The position numbers and the translations under genes were made by a program. A stretch of DNA of 63,312 nucleotides, counting the filler, from Stramenopiles sp. TOSAG23-3 (Eukaryota), in the NCBI GenBank assembly GCA_900128585.1. It is 10 parts of 10 records of this genome, joined end to end, with 100 filler letters (N's around TTAATTAATTAA, not from the genome) between each part and the next. Parts side by side here need not be neighbours in the genome. Positions count along the whole stretch, not along the records: positions 1 to 10,795 come from LT642786.1; 9 more parts are not named here. The stretch is one strand, 5' to 3'. This document shows positions 1 to 10,895 of the stretch, in pieces. A model generated the notes under the pieces. That model was not told the DNA's origin and did no database searches. It saw only the letters and a program-made list of their open reading frames with translations. The first letter of the stretch is position 1. The number at the start of each line of letters is the position of its first letter.

Positions 1-419
1 GTTTGGCCAAACAAGAATTGAATTTGTTTTGCGCGCATGAAGAATATATAATTTGAAATAAATGTAAAATGCATATATCATATTTATTTGATGATTGACA
101 ACCATCAATGAGACGAAATTACAGTATCTATTTATTTTATGATATCAAATATTAATATGTGTGTATATATATGTTGGAAACTTGAAGACTGACTTGAAGA
201 AGAAGAGAATAAAAACTCGAAATCCAGAATCTATACATAGCATAGTGTTAGATGATGTAGTATATAATATTGTATTCTATTATCCATGTTTGTATACTAG
301 ACTATTACATTTCTGCCTATATTTATTTTTTTCTGAAGCCGTTGAGTTGAAACGGTTAAATAAATATATAACAGGACACAAGAGGAGAAGAGAGAAGATG
401 ATGATGAAATAATAATCAG

Positions 420-535
420 GAGAGAAGAAGAAGAAGGAAGAAGAAGAAGGAAGAAGAAGAGGAAGAAGAAAAAAAGAAGAAAGAAAAAAAACGAAACGAA
501 AAAAAAAGCAAGAAGAAGAAAGAAAGAAGAAGGAA
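420..535. repeat. GAA-rich purine tract
   Basis: (GAA)n-like imperfect run upstream of ZMYND12. Confidence 0.8.
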
Positions 536-722
536 TTTTTTTTAAATGGCATAATAATGTTGTGAAAGAAACATCGACAGACAATGATTACATTCATTCG
601 AAGTAAATTATACAAGTATCAAAAGACATTTTACGTAGGTACTGCTTTTTTAATTTAATTGCATTTATAAAGAGTAAATTGTATCGTTCAAAAGATAAAC
701 CTTTGTTGCAGGATCAAAGAAG

Positions 723-1853
723 ATGGCCTCTAAAACGAGTGAGCCACAATTAGCAGAAGACTGGAACGTGCAGGCGCAAGAGGAAGGGTTCCGAATAGAG
801 CCCGTGAATATGCTGGCATGTCCCAAAGAAGTCAAACTAAGGTGTGAGATAACGGGCGCCCCAGCAACTATTCAAATGGTGACGCCATACCTGACTTTGT
901 TTTTTGGCAGTCGCCATGACGCAGAAATCGCGTGGTCAGGGATCCTGTATAAAATAGCTCCACTCCTTGGACCGATTAGGTCTAATCCACCGGTTATTGG
1001 CAGTGAAGAGGAACGCCAGAGAAGGAAATATACATTAGATGTCAGCAAACGAGCCCTTATCGATCTCACAAAAACAGAGGCTGCTAACCTATTGGCGAGG
1101 GGGCAATTTGCATTGTCCATTCCCGGCGCCCTGCAGGCAATGAAACTCACGAAGGACGTTCACGGTGACAATAGTATTGAACTGGTACCGACGTACTTGC
1201 TATTGGCAGAAGCGAACTTGGGCTTGAAAAGGTACAAATCCGCAGAAGAGTTCTTGTCTTTGGCTAATTGGAGCGTGCTGCAAAATCCCGAGTGCAGCAA
1301 TAGGATTCGTTCGCAGTTGCATCGGAATTTTGGGAAATTGTATGGTGTCCAAGGCAAACATGCAGAGGCTCTGCAGCAGTTGTCTCACGACGTTTACTAT
1401 GCGTCCTTGGAAGTAGGCCCAGAACATGTCGATACAGCCGGTGGGTATTACAACATGGCAAAGATATTCTACACGCAAAACCAGATCGAAAATGCCCTTG
1501 CCTTTTATGACAAAGTCGTTGATGTTTGGTACAAATTCTTGGCTAGTGTAAGAAATAATTCGGAGGATATTGATGTTCTTGGGGAAGCTCAAATCTCTGA
1601 AGCGCTGGATATGCTTACTAAAATTTTAAAGACGCGGGAGAAGTTTCTGGGAGACAGCCACATTGCTACTGGTGAAGCACATTATACGTTGGGTCTTTTG
1701 AATTTATTTGTGGGGGAATCTGCACCGGCGGTAGATCACATCAGCACGGCCTCTCAAATTTATGAGACACACCTTGGACCTGAGCACCCATCAACAGTAG
1801 ATGTCAACGAGGTTTTGAAACAATTGGAAGAATCTAAGTTGGGCAAGAAGTAA
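723..1853 (+). CDS. ZMYND12: ZMYND12-like TPR protein (flagellar inner-arm dynein associated) with degenerate MYND finger
   Basis: N-terminal LACPKEVKLRCEI...WSGILYKIAPLLGPIR...SEEERQRR, then ELVPTYLLLAEANLGL, AEEFLSLANW, RSQLHRNFGKLY and TAGGYYNMAKIF, matching my recollection of the ZMYND12 family; 376 aa intronless ORF. Confidence 0.85.
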   Translation: MASKTSEPQLAEDWNVQAQEEGFRIEPVNMLACPKEVKLRCEITGAPATIQMVTPYLTLFFGSRHDAEIAWSGILYKIAPLLGPIRSNPPVIGSEEERQRRKYTLDVSKRALIDLTKTEAANLLARGQFALSIPGALQAMKLTKDVHGDNSIELVPTYLLLAEANLGLKRYKSAEEFLSLANWSVLQNPECSNRIRSQLHRNFGKLYGVQGKHAEALQQLSHDVYYASLEVGPEHVDTAGGYYNMAKIFYTQNQIENALAFYDKVVDVWYKFLASVRNNSEDIDVLGEAQISEALDMLTKILKTREKFLGDSHIATGEAHYTLGLLNLFVGESAPAVDHISTASQIYETHLGPEHPSTVDVNEVLKQLEESKLGKK

Positions 1854-1895
1854 GTAAAGGACAAACAGTCACACTGCGAGGGTCGAAATTATTTT

Positions 1896-1914
1896 AAAAT
1901 GATGGCTGTTATTT
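1896..1914 (+). promoter_or_regulatory. Conserved gene-tail element, copy 1
   Basis: aaaatgatggctgttattt, ~45 nt after the ZMYND12 stop. Confidence 0.5.
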
Positions 1915-2154
1915 ACGAAGTATGTGTGTGCAAATTCTTTTTAAGAGTATTTAAAGTTTATAATAACCAGTAAAAGGTTTACTTCCTGCATGTACTGCGA
2001 TTTATGCATGTTAAAACACATAAATCTTTTTATGAGGGTTAAGTTAAGATATAATTTGTTTTTTTTTAGTTAAGGATAGGAGGAGATATTGTTCTTGAAC
2101 TGACACCTTCTTTTTTCTTTAATTTTAATTATTAATAATACTATATAATATAAA

Positions 2155-2179
2155 ATAACAGCCAATTTTTCTTGTTTTT
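2155..2179 (-). promoter_or_regulatory. Conserved gene-tail element, copy 2
   Basis: + strand ataacagccaatttttcttgttttt, downstream of the minus-strand gene ending at 2306. Confidence 0.55.
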
Positions 2180-2305
2180 AAGTTAAGAAAAATAAAAATT
2201 GATTGCGTGTAAAACATTTAAATTGAGATAAATTAAAAAATCTCAGAAGAATTCTTAATAATAGGGCACCTGCTTTAGTAACTTACAGTTGGCGCACCCA
2301 CACAG

Positions 2306-5300
2306 TCACCCCTCGTCTTCAGAGTACAAACGACATATTTTCATGACCTGTCTGATTTTCCTTCGCCAGCGCACTATTTCCTTTTCGTTCTCGCTTTTAA
2401 GTTCAATGTCATACCGATGAGTATCAAAATTTTTGAGCTTTTGCCCGGCAATACTTCGTTGGATAGTAAATCGGGTTGCCGGATGAGACGTGTTCCTCAA
2501 AAGAACACTGGTATGATCGATGCGGACACTACCCCTTATTTGGCCGTTCGAGCTATAATTTAGCTCGGCGTAAGGCAACACCTCGGCCAAGTGTACAGGA
2601 ACGTCGGTGGGGAGGTACAACGAAAGGACCATGCTTCGTTTCAACCAATTTTTGCGCTTAAATATACCACCCCCCCTACCTTTTTTATACAGTTCTCCCT
2701 TTGCAAGGACGCGTGCGTGGGTATGTTCGTCGGGTTCAAAGGGTATCTCGCCTTTCAGCGACTCTATAAATTCCATTGTTTTTCTTTGCCGGAGTTTCTG
2801 GATATTCTTACTATCCGCCAGCATCGCATTAACGACAACATCAGAAAATGTTTTTCGCCGCATCTTGGCATCGCACTGGACTCGCTGGCGCACACGTGCC
2901 CACAAAAATTTTCCTTTTGGTGCTATCCTGGGTTGTTTATTCGAAGTTGCATGTTCTGCCCGGAACGTGTCTGTTAAATCCCGCAACGAATCCACCCACC
3001 TGTCGAGGGTGTCAACACAGTCAGCTTGAAAGAAAAATGTTTTACGCTTACCCGACAAATAATCGGACACTGTTAATGTAAAGCATAACCAAGGCTTGAC
3101 AACGCCGACGTGATCTGTGTCGTTGGACAGCGCCTGTGCCAGTCGCTTTGGTAGCAAAGGAACAAGGCGTTCAATATCAGAGACTGAAAATAAGTATACT
3201 GGGGCGTGGAATTTGCCTTCGGTTCGACTCTTTGTGACCCGAGAGTTGTTGGTGGAAAGCCTCAACTCGAATGGGGCCATTCTGGCTTCCTCATTTTGCA
3301 CATGGAACATCAAAAATTTATCCCCGTGGTGCATTCGTGAAAGCCGCTCCGCCAACATTACCTTCGGGGCATCTTTTTGGATCTCCTTTTCTTCGCCATA
3401 AAAGATGCAGCTCGGTTCTAGATGAGAAATGAACTCGTCGAACGAAAACATTTTCGTTGCGTCTTGCTGCATCATTTTCATTACAATTTGCACAAGAATA
3501 AAAAATGTGGATTTTTTATCGGGAAACTCCCCTGACAAATGTGACAAAATTTTCATTGTTAAAATATTCTGATACGAAGACAAACTCAGCTCGTGCTTAG
3601 TGCAGAATTCCAAAACTAAAGTTTCTATGTCCGAACTAAAATGAGCGAATATTTGTTCATTTTCTCCACTTTTCAGTTTTACGACGATTGGGACAACGGG
3701 AATACCCCCCGTGACAACTGGGGTAGTGAATAGCGCCGCTACAACAGGATTAGACGCCACATGGTATATGAGCTGGACCCCACTAATGCACCTGTTGGTC
3801 CCAGCGTTTTGAGCCACAACATCAAAAGCTTTCAAAAACTGAGCTCTCGTCAAAAGTGGCACAGGGAAAACAATAAGGCTCATTTCATCAATGTGGCGGT
3901 CGGTTTTTGATTCTTCGTCCTCTTCGCAGTCAGAAAACCCTTCTTCTTCGCTTGATGCGTTCTCGTCAAATACCGGAGCATCGTCTTTTTTACTCTTCCT
4001 AGGGCCGTGATTCTCCCACGAAGACACTACAGCAGGGCTACGAACGCTTTTTCGCCCTTCAGAAAATCTTGGGGAACTTGTACCAAACCCAAAGCCTTCC
4101 GATTTTTTGCTGGAAGGCTTCGGTTTTTCAATTGGCATTTTTCGATGCCTTTCTTTGTTGAGCACCCTTGCCCCCCTGCTTTCATGCTTGTCCCAAGTCT
4201 TCGTTGGAAAGAGCTCGTCTTTCAGGCCCATCTGCGTGTGTTGGGAGCGTCGTGTGGCATTCAAATCTGGCTGGAATGTGCACTCCTCCTTAAGTTTTGC
4301 CTCTTTCTCATCATACATCTTTTTCATGCGTGCCGCCGCTTTTGACGAGTGCCAGCCCTTTGGGCGCAATGTTGTGTTCGTATGATTTTCTTCCGAGTGC
4401 AATATTGAAATTCTGCGAGCTCTGCGCGCCTCGCGAGGCAAAGACTTTGTGGTTATCGTATGACTGAGCTCCTCTGGCGGCGATCTGCTGGTACCCCTCC
4501 GCGCGCCTTTACCCGCTTTGCTGTCGCTTAGGGCAGGGGCTGGAGAGTTTGCTCTACTTACATGCCACTCGGGAGGTGGCGTTTTGTTCGGCTCTACGCT
4601 GTTCCATTTCATTTCATTGCCCATCCACAGACTATATCGTTTAGCATATACTGGGCTAGTCATTTTTAGCTGAATCCTGTATTTGGGAACGCTGGGGGAA
4701 AACACTTCAGTGTGTGTCTTCAGGTTGGGCCTGAGCGAGGCCCTGAGCATTTTTTCATTGTGCAAATTGTTTACCTGCTTATCGTCCTGGACCCTTGCTC
4801 TGGGCGCCTTTGCGGTTTTTAACTTGTTCGCTTGCAATAAACGGCGTCGAAGTGCCTCGTGCTGATCCTTGGCCAAAAATAAACAGTTTTCTGCCTCTAC
4901 GATAGAGCGATTCATTGCTTTATAGTCTGATTGCACCGTTTCCATGAAGGACTTTTCTACTTTTAGCATAGTCATGATATCTGATATTTCCTCGTCTGCG
5001 CCGATATCGTGATCGGACAAGGCCAAGAACAGACTTTTCAAATTTGCGTGAATGGTATCCAGACGCCGGGCGTGGTTGCCTTGCAGCAGTAGAGGTTTTA
5101 GTGCAAACATAAATGTGTGTGATGGATTCACACCACCGCCATGATCTGGGGACAATGGCGAAGTTAGTTTGGAAAGGTCCAACCCCCGGACTGGGAATGC
5201 AAACGGCGATGGGAAGGCCCTCGTCGGGGGCTTCACTAGTTGCATGCACTCGACAAAGTGCTGGACTTCAAAGTTTGAGCAAGTAATTATATCCACATGC

Positions 5301-7162
5301 CGGGCCCCGATCTCTTCTCCTATGTCTGAAATAACGCTACTCTCGTTTATGTTAAGCTTTCCCCCGCGTGCCACAACACTGTCCGAAAAATACCGCCCCG
5401 GGTTTAGCAATGTTCCCCGCAGTTTCTTTGCGCCATCGACCAGTTTTGCCACTATGGTGTTCTTTTCAAATATATCTTCAAACTGGCCATCGGCGATAAC
5501 CATTTCCTGCATCATGCTGTTAAAGTCAACCTCTGGGCTTGACATACCTGACTGAAAAATGGACAAAAAGACGTTTCCGCAATTGAAGAAATAATTTTTT
5601 ATTCTATAAAAGCTTTGTCCGGAATCTGCGTCTTGGGCCGAGCTCCGTGCCTGGCCTCCAGGCAATACTAGCTGAATGTACGGGGCAAAGAGCCTGTGCT
5701 TCAAAGCATTCCCAGCAAAAGATTGAAACAAAAAATCTGCTGCCGCAGAAGTTGAAAACAAAGACGACGCGTGCAGTGTATGCGCAACCAAGGCAATGCC
5801 ATCAGGCAGTTTCGACAATGTGTGAGAATTTACAAATAGCTGGTAAAACTTAATCACGTCTTGCAACAGTGTTCCGTCCGAAATAGATTCTGAGGGCACC
5901 CCCCCGCGTTTCATCCGCGTGTAAATGTGTTCTAATGGGTTTGCCCAAATACGCCGAAGGCAGGACACGTGTTCTGGGCGGAGTGCGTAGTCGGCTAACA
6001 CGTGCTTTACCCTGGCTGATATGTCCGGTACAGTTGACTTTTCCATGGATTCCGAAGGCCGTTGGTACATGGAGGAAGTGATTATAACGCATTTGACAAA
6101 TTCTGCACAGAGAACGTTGCACTTTCGTGTCCCGTTTTGATACAAGCGGTTAATGACGAAATTGCTAAACAACTTGACGTTTTGCCCTGGTATCTGCAAC
6201 AGTACGGACGCAAGAAAATGTGGAGTGTTCCTTGCCGCATACAGCAATTCGCTCTCGTGCAACGCAGCCGGGTTATTCAACGTTGCCGACAACTGGTGTT
6301 CTATGTGTTTTAAAATTTCTGTGGGGTTTAATGTTTGCTCGTTCACGTCGTAACGGTATGACCCAACGCTTGATCGAAGCTGGCTGTCCAGTTTCCAAGC
6401 CAAGTGAAGATAGTACTGCGTTTCTTTTCGCGTCCTCCACAAACGGTCCGCCGCCGCCTGTATGTCACCGGAAGTGCAGATTGGTAGCCATTTTTTATAC
6501 CGACCCTCAATTGGCCCGGTCCGTGTCCTATAACAATCGTTATACTTTACTTCCGAGTTGAAATCTTCCTGCGAAAACATGCTATTGTTTTTCAAGTACG
6601 GAACGGCTACACTTTTCGCCGGCTGGCCCCTTAAAGAGTCCATAAACGCTTGGCTTATCATTCTTATTTCAGTAGAATTTGCAGTTCTCGGTCCTGCATC
6701 GCGTTTTTCATCAGCGACGCGAGACTGGTTTGAAGGCGTGCTCGAGGGTGCATACACAGACGGCGGCTGGTCGTCGAGCAACGCGTCCTCTAATCGCTCT
6801 GGTTTAGGGTTTTGGGCTTCATCTGAGTTTAGTTGGGCAATAATTCTGTCAACCTCGTCCATGCGGATCGGTTGTACTGGAGCTTTATTGTTTGCCTGAT
6901 GAACGGCTGCGCTGACAGATTGATACGATGAGAATTGGGACGCAGAGTCCGGCAAATGTTGACGCTGCCCTCTATTGACGCGCCTCTGAAAAGCGCTCAT
7001 CTTATTGGCAACACGGTACTTTTCTTGCAACCGTGTCATTGTGTTTGCACGCAGATATTCCAAGTGGTGTAACTGTTCTCGGTGACCGCCTTCTCCTCCG
7101 TTGAGAATATGTTTGCCCTGTGAAAACGCATTTGCAGAAGTAGAACATTTAGGAACTTTCAT
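2306..7162 (-). CDS. Large protein with C-terminal PH domain(s) and possible degenerate RasGAP-like helical region
   Basis: 1618 aa ORF; C-terminal KGELYKKGRGGGIFKRKNWLKRSMVL...IELKSENEKEIVRWRRKIRQV is PH-like; a second PH-like end FFQADCVDTLDRWVDSLRDL; the central LPDGIALVAHTL...ADFLFQSFAGNAL only weakly resembles RasGAP. Confidence 0.55.
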   Translation of the reverse strand: MKVPKCSTSANAFSQGKHILNGGEGGHREQLHHLEYLRANTMTRLQEKYRVANKMSAFQRRVNRGQRQHLPDSASQFSSYQSVSAAVHQANNKAPVQPIRMDEVDRIIAQLNSDEAQNPKPERLEDALLDDQPPSVYAPSSTPSNQSRVADEKRDAGPRTANSTEIRMISQAFMDSLRGQPAKSVAVPYLKNNSMFSQEDFNSEVKYNDCYRTRTGPIEGRYKKWLPICTSGDIQAAADRLWRTRKETQYYLHLAWKLDSQLRSSVGSYRYDVNEQTLNPTEILKHIEHQLSATLNNPAALHESELLYAARNTPHFLASVLLQIPGQNVKLFSNFVINRLYQNGTRKCNVLCAEFVKCVIITSSMYQRPSESMEKSTVPDISARVKHVLADYALRPEHVSCLRRIWANPLEHIYTRMKRGGVPSESISDGTLLQDVIKFYQLFVNSHTLSKLPDGIALVAHTLHASSLFSTSAAADFLFQSFAGNALKHRLFAPYIQLVLPGGQARSSAQDADSGQSFYRIKNYFFNCGNVFLSIFQSGMSSPEVDFNSMMQEMVIADGQFEDIFEKNTIVAKLVDGAKKLRGTLLNPGRYFSDSVVARGGKLNINESSVISDIGEEIGARHVDIITCSNFEVQHFVECMQLVKPPTRAFPSPFAFPVRGLDLSKLTSPLSPDHGGGVNPSHTFMFALKPLLLQGNHARRLDTIHANLKSLFLALSDHDIGADEEISDIMTMLKVEKSFMETVQSDYKAMNRSIVEAENCLFLAKDQHEALRRRLLQANKLKTAKAPRARVQDDKQVNNLHNEKMLRASLRPNLKTHTEVFSPSVPKYRIQLKMTSPVYAKRYSLWMGNEMKWNSVEPNKTPPPEWHVSRANSPAPALSDSKAGKGARRGTSRSPPEELSHTITTKSLPREARRARRISILHSEENHTNTTLRPKGWHSSKAAARMKKMYDEKEAKLKEECTFQPDLNATRRSQHTQMGLKDELFPTKTWDKHESRGARVLNKERHRKMPIEKPKPSSKKSEGFGFGTSSPRFSEGRKSVRSPAVVSSWENHGPRKSKKDDAPVFDENASSEEEGFSDCEEDEESKTDRHIDEMSLIVFPVPLLTRAQFLKAFDVVAQNAGTNRCISGVQLIYHVASNPVVAALFTTPVVTGGIPVVPIVVKLKSGENEQIFAHFSSDIETLVLEFCTKHELSLSSYQNILTMKILSHLSGEFPDKKSTFFILVQIVMKMMQQDATKMFSFDEFISHLEPSCIFYGEEKEIQKDAPKVMLAERLSRMHHGDKFLMFHVQNEEARMAPFELRLSTNNSRVTKSRTEGKFHAPVYLFSVSDIERLVPLLPKRLAQALSNDTDHVGVVKPWLCFTLTVSDYLSGKRKTFFFQADCVDTLDRWVDSLRDLTDTFRAEHATSNKQPRIAPKGKFLWARVRQRVQCDAKMRRKTFSDVVVNAMLADSKNIQKLRQRKTMEFIESLKGEIPFEPDEHTHARVLAKGELYKKGRGGGIFKRKNWLKRSMVLSLYLPTDVPVHLAEVLPYAELNYSSNGQIRGSVRIDHTSVLLRNTSHPATRFTIQRSIAGQKLKNFDTHRYDIELKSENEKEIVRWRRKIRQVMKICRLYSEDEG

Positions 7163-7728
7163 GCTTGCGCGTGTAGATTCTTCTCAGCGAGCTTGCAGTC
7201 CGTCGTCTCATATTAAATTATTAATAATCATCAGTTTTTCTGCAGAACTCTGTGCTTTTTATTATAGTTATATTATACACAGACTACTATACAACGACCG
7301 GTAAAATAATAATATTAATACGAACGAATAATTGATTGAAGTTATAATGCTGTACAAGTTGACAAGTTGGTTGGGGATTTAGGAGATCCGCCGATAAATA
7401 ATAAGTTTCTCTGTAAAACCTATACTTATAGTTTATTAAAATACAGATATTTCCTATCCATATATATATGATATAAATTAATAGTATTTAATTTAGAGAC
7501 TAGTCTCTATGAAAATAAAAAGACACTACTACTACACCAAAGACGGTTGAACATCTTCCAGCAGCACTTCAGCTTTAAAACAAAAGAAGAAAATAAATAA
7601 TATATATATAGTATCATAGCGCCTTTTTAATTAAGACAAAAAAATCTTGTGAAACTTCGTTATAAAGCAAACCCCCAATGAACTAAGGAAAAGAGTTTTT
7701 GTTGTCGAAACTCGCAGAATTTTTTCCT

Positions 7729-9075
7729 TTATAAGTACAAACCTTCCGGTACGGAGCCTTTCTTTTTGTACAAAGCGCGCTCTTTCGCTTTCTTGAAATC
7801 ATCTTGTGTCACTTTCATCCTTCTCTCTCTCAACGCAAGCAACCCTGCCTCACTGCATATTGCTTTGATATCGGCACCAGACAGCTCCTCTTTCGCTTGA
7901 ACAAACTCTTCGATGTCAACGTCGTCGGCGCAGGTCATCCTCCCAATATGGATTCCAAAAATCTTTCGTTTGGTCGCCTCGTTCGGCAACGGGAACTCGA
8001 TCTTTCGGTCAATACGCCCTGGCCTCAAAAGAGCTGGGTCCAACGAGTCAATCCGATTGGTCGCCATGATAACTTTCACGTCGCCGCGCTCATCGAAGCC
8101 GTCCAATTGGTTGAGCAATTCTAACATTGTACGTTGAATTTCGCGTTCTCCTCCAGAGGTGGAGTCGTAACGTTTCGTCCCGACCGCATCGATTTCGTCA
8201 ATAAAAACAATGGATGGTGCGTGCTCTTCGGCGACGCGAAACACTTCACGGACCAGCTTTGGCCCTTCTCCTAAGTACTTCTGGATCAGTTCAGAGCCGA
8301 CGATGCGAAGAAAAGTGGCTGACGTTTGGTTTGCGACTGCCTTGGCGAGCAGCGTCTTCCCCGTCCCAGGCTCTCCGTACAGAATTACACCCTTTGGGGG
8401 CCTAATACCGATGTCTTCGTACAACTCCGGGTGCGTCAACGGAAGTTCGACAGCTTCCTTAATCTCTTGTATTTGCTTCTCGCACCCACCGATGTCAGCG
8501 TAGGACTCCAGCGGGGCTTTGTCAACCTTCATCATGCTGACCATAGGGTTGTTTTCATCCCCAAGAAGGCCAACCACACTCATGGTTTTATGGTGGAGCA
8601 AAACGGCGCTTCCTGGTTCAATCTGGTCCTTGTCCACGAACGAAGTGATGTTCACGTAGTACTCTGGGCCGTTGCTCGAGCTAACGATGCAATGGTTGTC
8701 GTCGATCATTTCTTCCAGGCTCCCGACACTCATAGGGGTGCCACGAAGCTCCTCGACGGCTTTGTTTAGCTCCTTGTCCTTCTCTTCTTTGGGCTTCAAA
8801 ATTTCTTGGTTTTTCATAAACTCTTCCTCCAACAGCAAAAAGTCTTTGACTCTCTCCATTTTCAACAGACGGAGTTTGCACTTTGCACTCGGCATGATCT
8901 TCGGAAGGCGAGCTACTGGGGCTACGCCTTTCTTCTTTCGCTTTTTGCCCACGCGGGATGGCCCAGTCTGGGATTCAAAACGCTTTTTTTTCTTCTCTTG
9001 TGGTTTCCCATCTTTCCCTCCGGGTGGCCCTCCTCCTGGCGCACCTCCGCCTCCTCCTGGTTGTTGGTTGCCCAT
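7729..9075 (-). CDS. RPT2: 26S proteasome regulatory ATPase subunit 4 (Rpt2/PSMC1)
   Basis: [20 protein letters not shown], Walker A GEPGTGKT, Walker B VFIDEID, C-terminal PEGLYL HbYX tail; start set at MGNQQ (ATG 9075), the Rpt2-type Met-Gly N-terminus. Confidence 0.97.
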   Translation of the reverse strand: MGNQQPGGGGGAPGGGPPGGKDGKPQEKKKKRFESQTGPSRVGKKRKKKGVAPVARLPKIMPSAKCKLRLLKMERVKDFLLLEEEFMKNQEILKPKEEKDKELNKAVEELRGTPMSVGSLEEMIDDNHCIVSSSNGPEYYVNITSFVDKDQIEPGSAVLLHHKTMSVVGLLGDENNPMVSMMKVDKAPLESYADIGGCEKQIQEIKEAVELPLTHPELYEDIGIRPPKGVILYGEPGTGKTLLAKAVANQTSATFLRIVGSELIQKYLGEGPKLVREVFRVAEEHAPSIVFIDEIDAVGTKRYDSTSGGEREIQRTMLELLNQLDGFDERGDVKVIMATNRIDSLDPALLRPGRIDRKIEFPLPNEATKRKIFGIHIGRMTCADDVDIEEFVQAKEELSGADIKAICSEAGLLALRERRMKVTQDDFKKAKERALYKKKGSVPEGLYL

Positions 9076-9926
9076 AGTATATTGATGAAGCAAAAAGAAG
9101 CAAAAACAAACACGATAATACAAAAAAATCAGTACAACGGAATGGTAGTTTATAAACTGTTAATTTGCGTTTCCCTCCCTTCCCTTAAACTCGATGCTGA
9201 CTTTTCCTACTTCCCACTTCACTCACTTCGTAACTAAGACCACAAAAGTCCATCCCTTTTCCTTCTTTCTCTCCTTTCTTCTTGATGATGACGACTTCAA
9301 TTCGTCATCATGCTATTTCGATATATTATTAAATTTTTTTAAAATATCTAAAAAATAGAAGAAGAAAAAAGAAATGTGATGAAAAAAATCATCACGTTGC
9401 TTTGATAATTTAAGGAACGATTATGTATTAGTCATCCAATATATATATGACTTCATTATAATTAGTGTAGATATAATACAGAAATAAAACCAATATGATT
9501 TTATTGTATACAAATCCTGAAGTATCAAAGCAGCAATCATTCAAAAAAGAAGGAAAAAAACGATTGACATGAAATAGCATTGGCATGGAAAAAATTTCAA
9601 ATCAATCCTTCTTAAAAAGCTTCTTTAAAACGCGTAGTTTTGTTGTTTTTAGAATATAATTAATTGATAGATACTTGTTGTTTTGTTGTGTCCTGTATTT
9701 GTTATAGGGAGATGGACGCTCTCATTTTATTTAAAGTAAGTTGTGCGTGCGTGGATGAAGGTAATAAATACATTTAGTACTAAATTATCCATCCTTAATC
9801 TATCTTACATTGTGATAACATTGATTTTGAAGTAATATTTTAGAATGTTTAAACGCGTTTAATGTATACTATTAAGTGAATATATGTACCCAATTTGAAA
9901 CGTTTTACTTAAACAAATGCTATTTT

Positions 9927-10795
9927 TCAGTAGGTCTTGCTGCTGGGAACCATCCAGCTTGTCCTTCGACTTTGTTTGTGCACAAAAAACTGCTTCCCAC
10001 TCGTCTCGTCGTCCACGACATCATAATCTGCATTCGGATTTTCCCACGTGGTTTCTTGTGTCTCATTATTAAAAAAGTACGTGCTGTTTGAGTTTGGATC
10101 CTTATGAGGAGACCACACCTCCTCCTCCTCGTCGTTCCGGGGGTATTGCTCGCCTACTTCTTCCTCCTCCTCCTCGGCGATTGTATTGTTTTCGGCGCCT
10201 TCGTCAAAGTCCCAATCTCCGAACGCGTCCGCCATGTCCTCCAGTATAGAATTCGTGTTCATAGACACTGAAGATCTCCGCACTGAGTCGGCCATCGATG
10301 GGCGGCGGCCCTTCGATTTCGCCTTTGGGGCGGGTTCTTTTCTCATGAAAGATTCAATTACCTTCTGAATTTCGACACAGTCGTCAGCTATTACCTGTAT
10401 GTCATCCCCGTGCATCTTTGGATTGTGGACCAGCGTTAAAACATATTGCTGCGTCTCTTGGTCCTTTGTCATCCCTGTGGACAAAATTTCGTCGAAAGTT
10501 TCTCGGACTACGCCTAAGCAGGCCCCCTTTCGAGAAAATGAAGCAAAGGAGACCCCTGCCCAGTTGACTCCACACACGGCCGAAGTTTTCTTACCTTCAT
10601 GTGGATCTAGAACGACTCGGACCGGAAAGAACCTTGCGCCGTACTCTTCTTTGCAGTTGCTTTTGCACATCTTGATGACATCAAGCATGACCATGTAAAC
10701 CTCAACAAGCCCTTGCACCGAGCTATAGAACGATTTGATCCCTTTAGTCAAGTTTTTCAATTGCTTTGAGGTTGGCAGTTGCATTTCGGGGGGGG
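9927..10795 (-). CDS. 5'-truncated protein: FERM C-lobe-like region plus two C-terminal WW domains
   Basis: YGARFFPVR...VCGVNWAGVSF resembles the FERM F3 lobe of MyTH4-FERM proteins; WSPHKDPNSNSTYFFNNETQETTWENP and DETSGKQFFVHKQSRRTSWMVP are WW domains; runs into the contig edge. Confidence 0.65.
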
Positions 10796-10895
10796 NNNNN
10801 NNNNNNNNNNNNNNNNNNNNNNNNNNNNNNNNNNNNNNNTTAATTAATTAANNNNNNNNNNNNNNNNNNNNNNNNNNNNNNNNNNNNNNNNNNNN
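10796..10895. other. Artificial contig spacer (N44-TTAATTAATTAA-N44); identical spacers at 21687-21786, 32572-32671, 43448-43547, 54296-54395, 56102-56201, 57906-58005, 59709-59808 and 61512-61611
   Basis: Identical 100-nt structure nine times; the 12-mer gives stops in all six frames; contig lengths descend. Confidence 0.98.

Noticed and set aside
1896-2179. Possible MITE bounded by inverted copies of the gene-tail motif
   Set aside because: No target-site duplication seen, and all other copies are solitary; better explained as one element per convergent gene
7494-7509. Perfect 16-bp palindrome tagagactagtctcta (and a short hairpin at 11598-11620)
   Set aside because: Single occurrences in AT-rich DNA with no supporting context
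10840-10851. Recurrent palindrome TTAATTAATTAA
   Set aside because: Always centred in 100-nt N blocks; an artificial six-frame-stop linker
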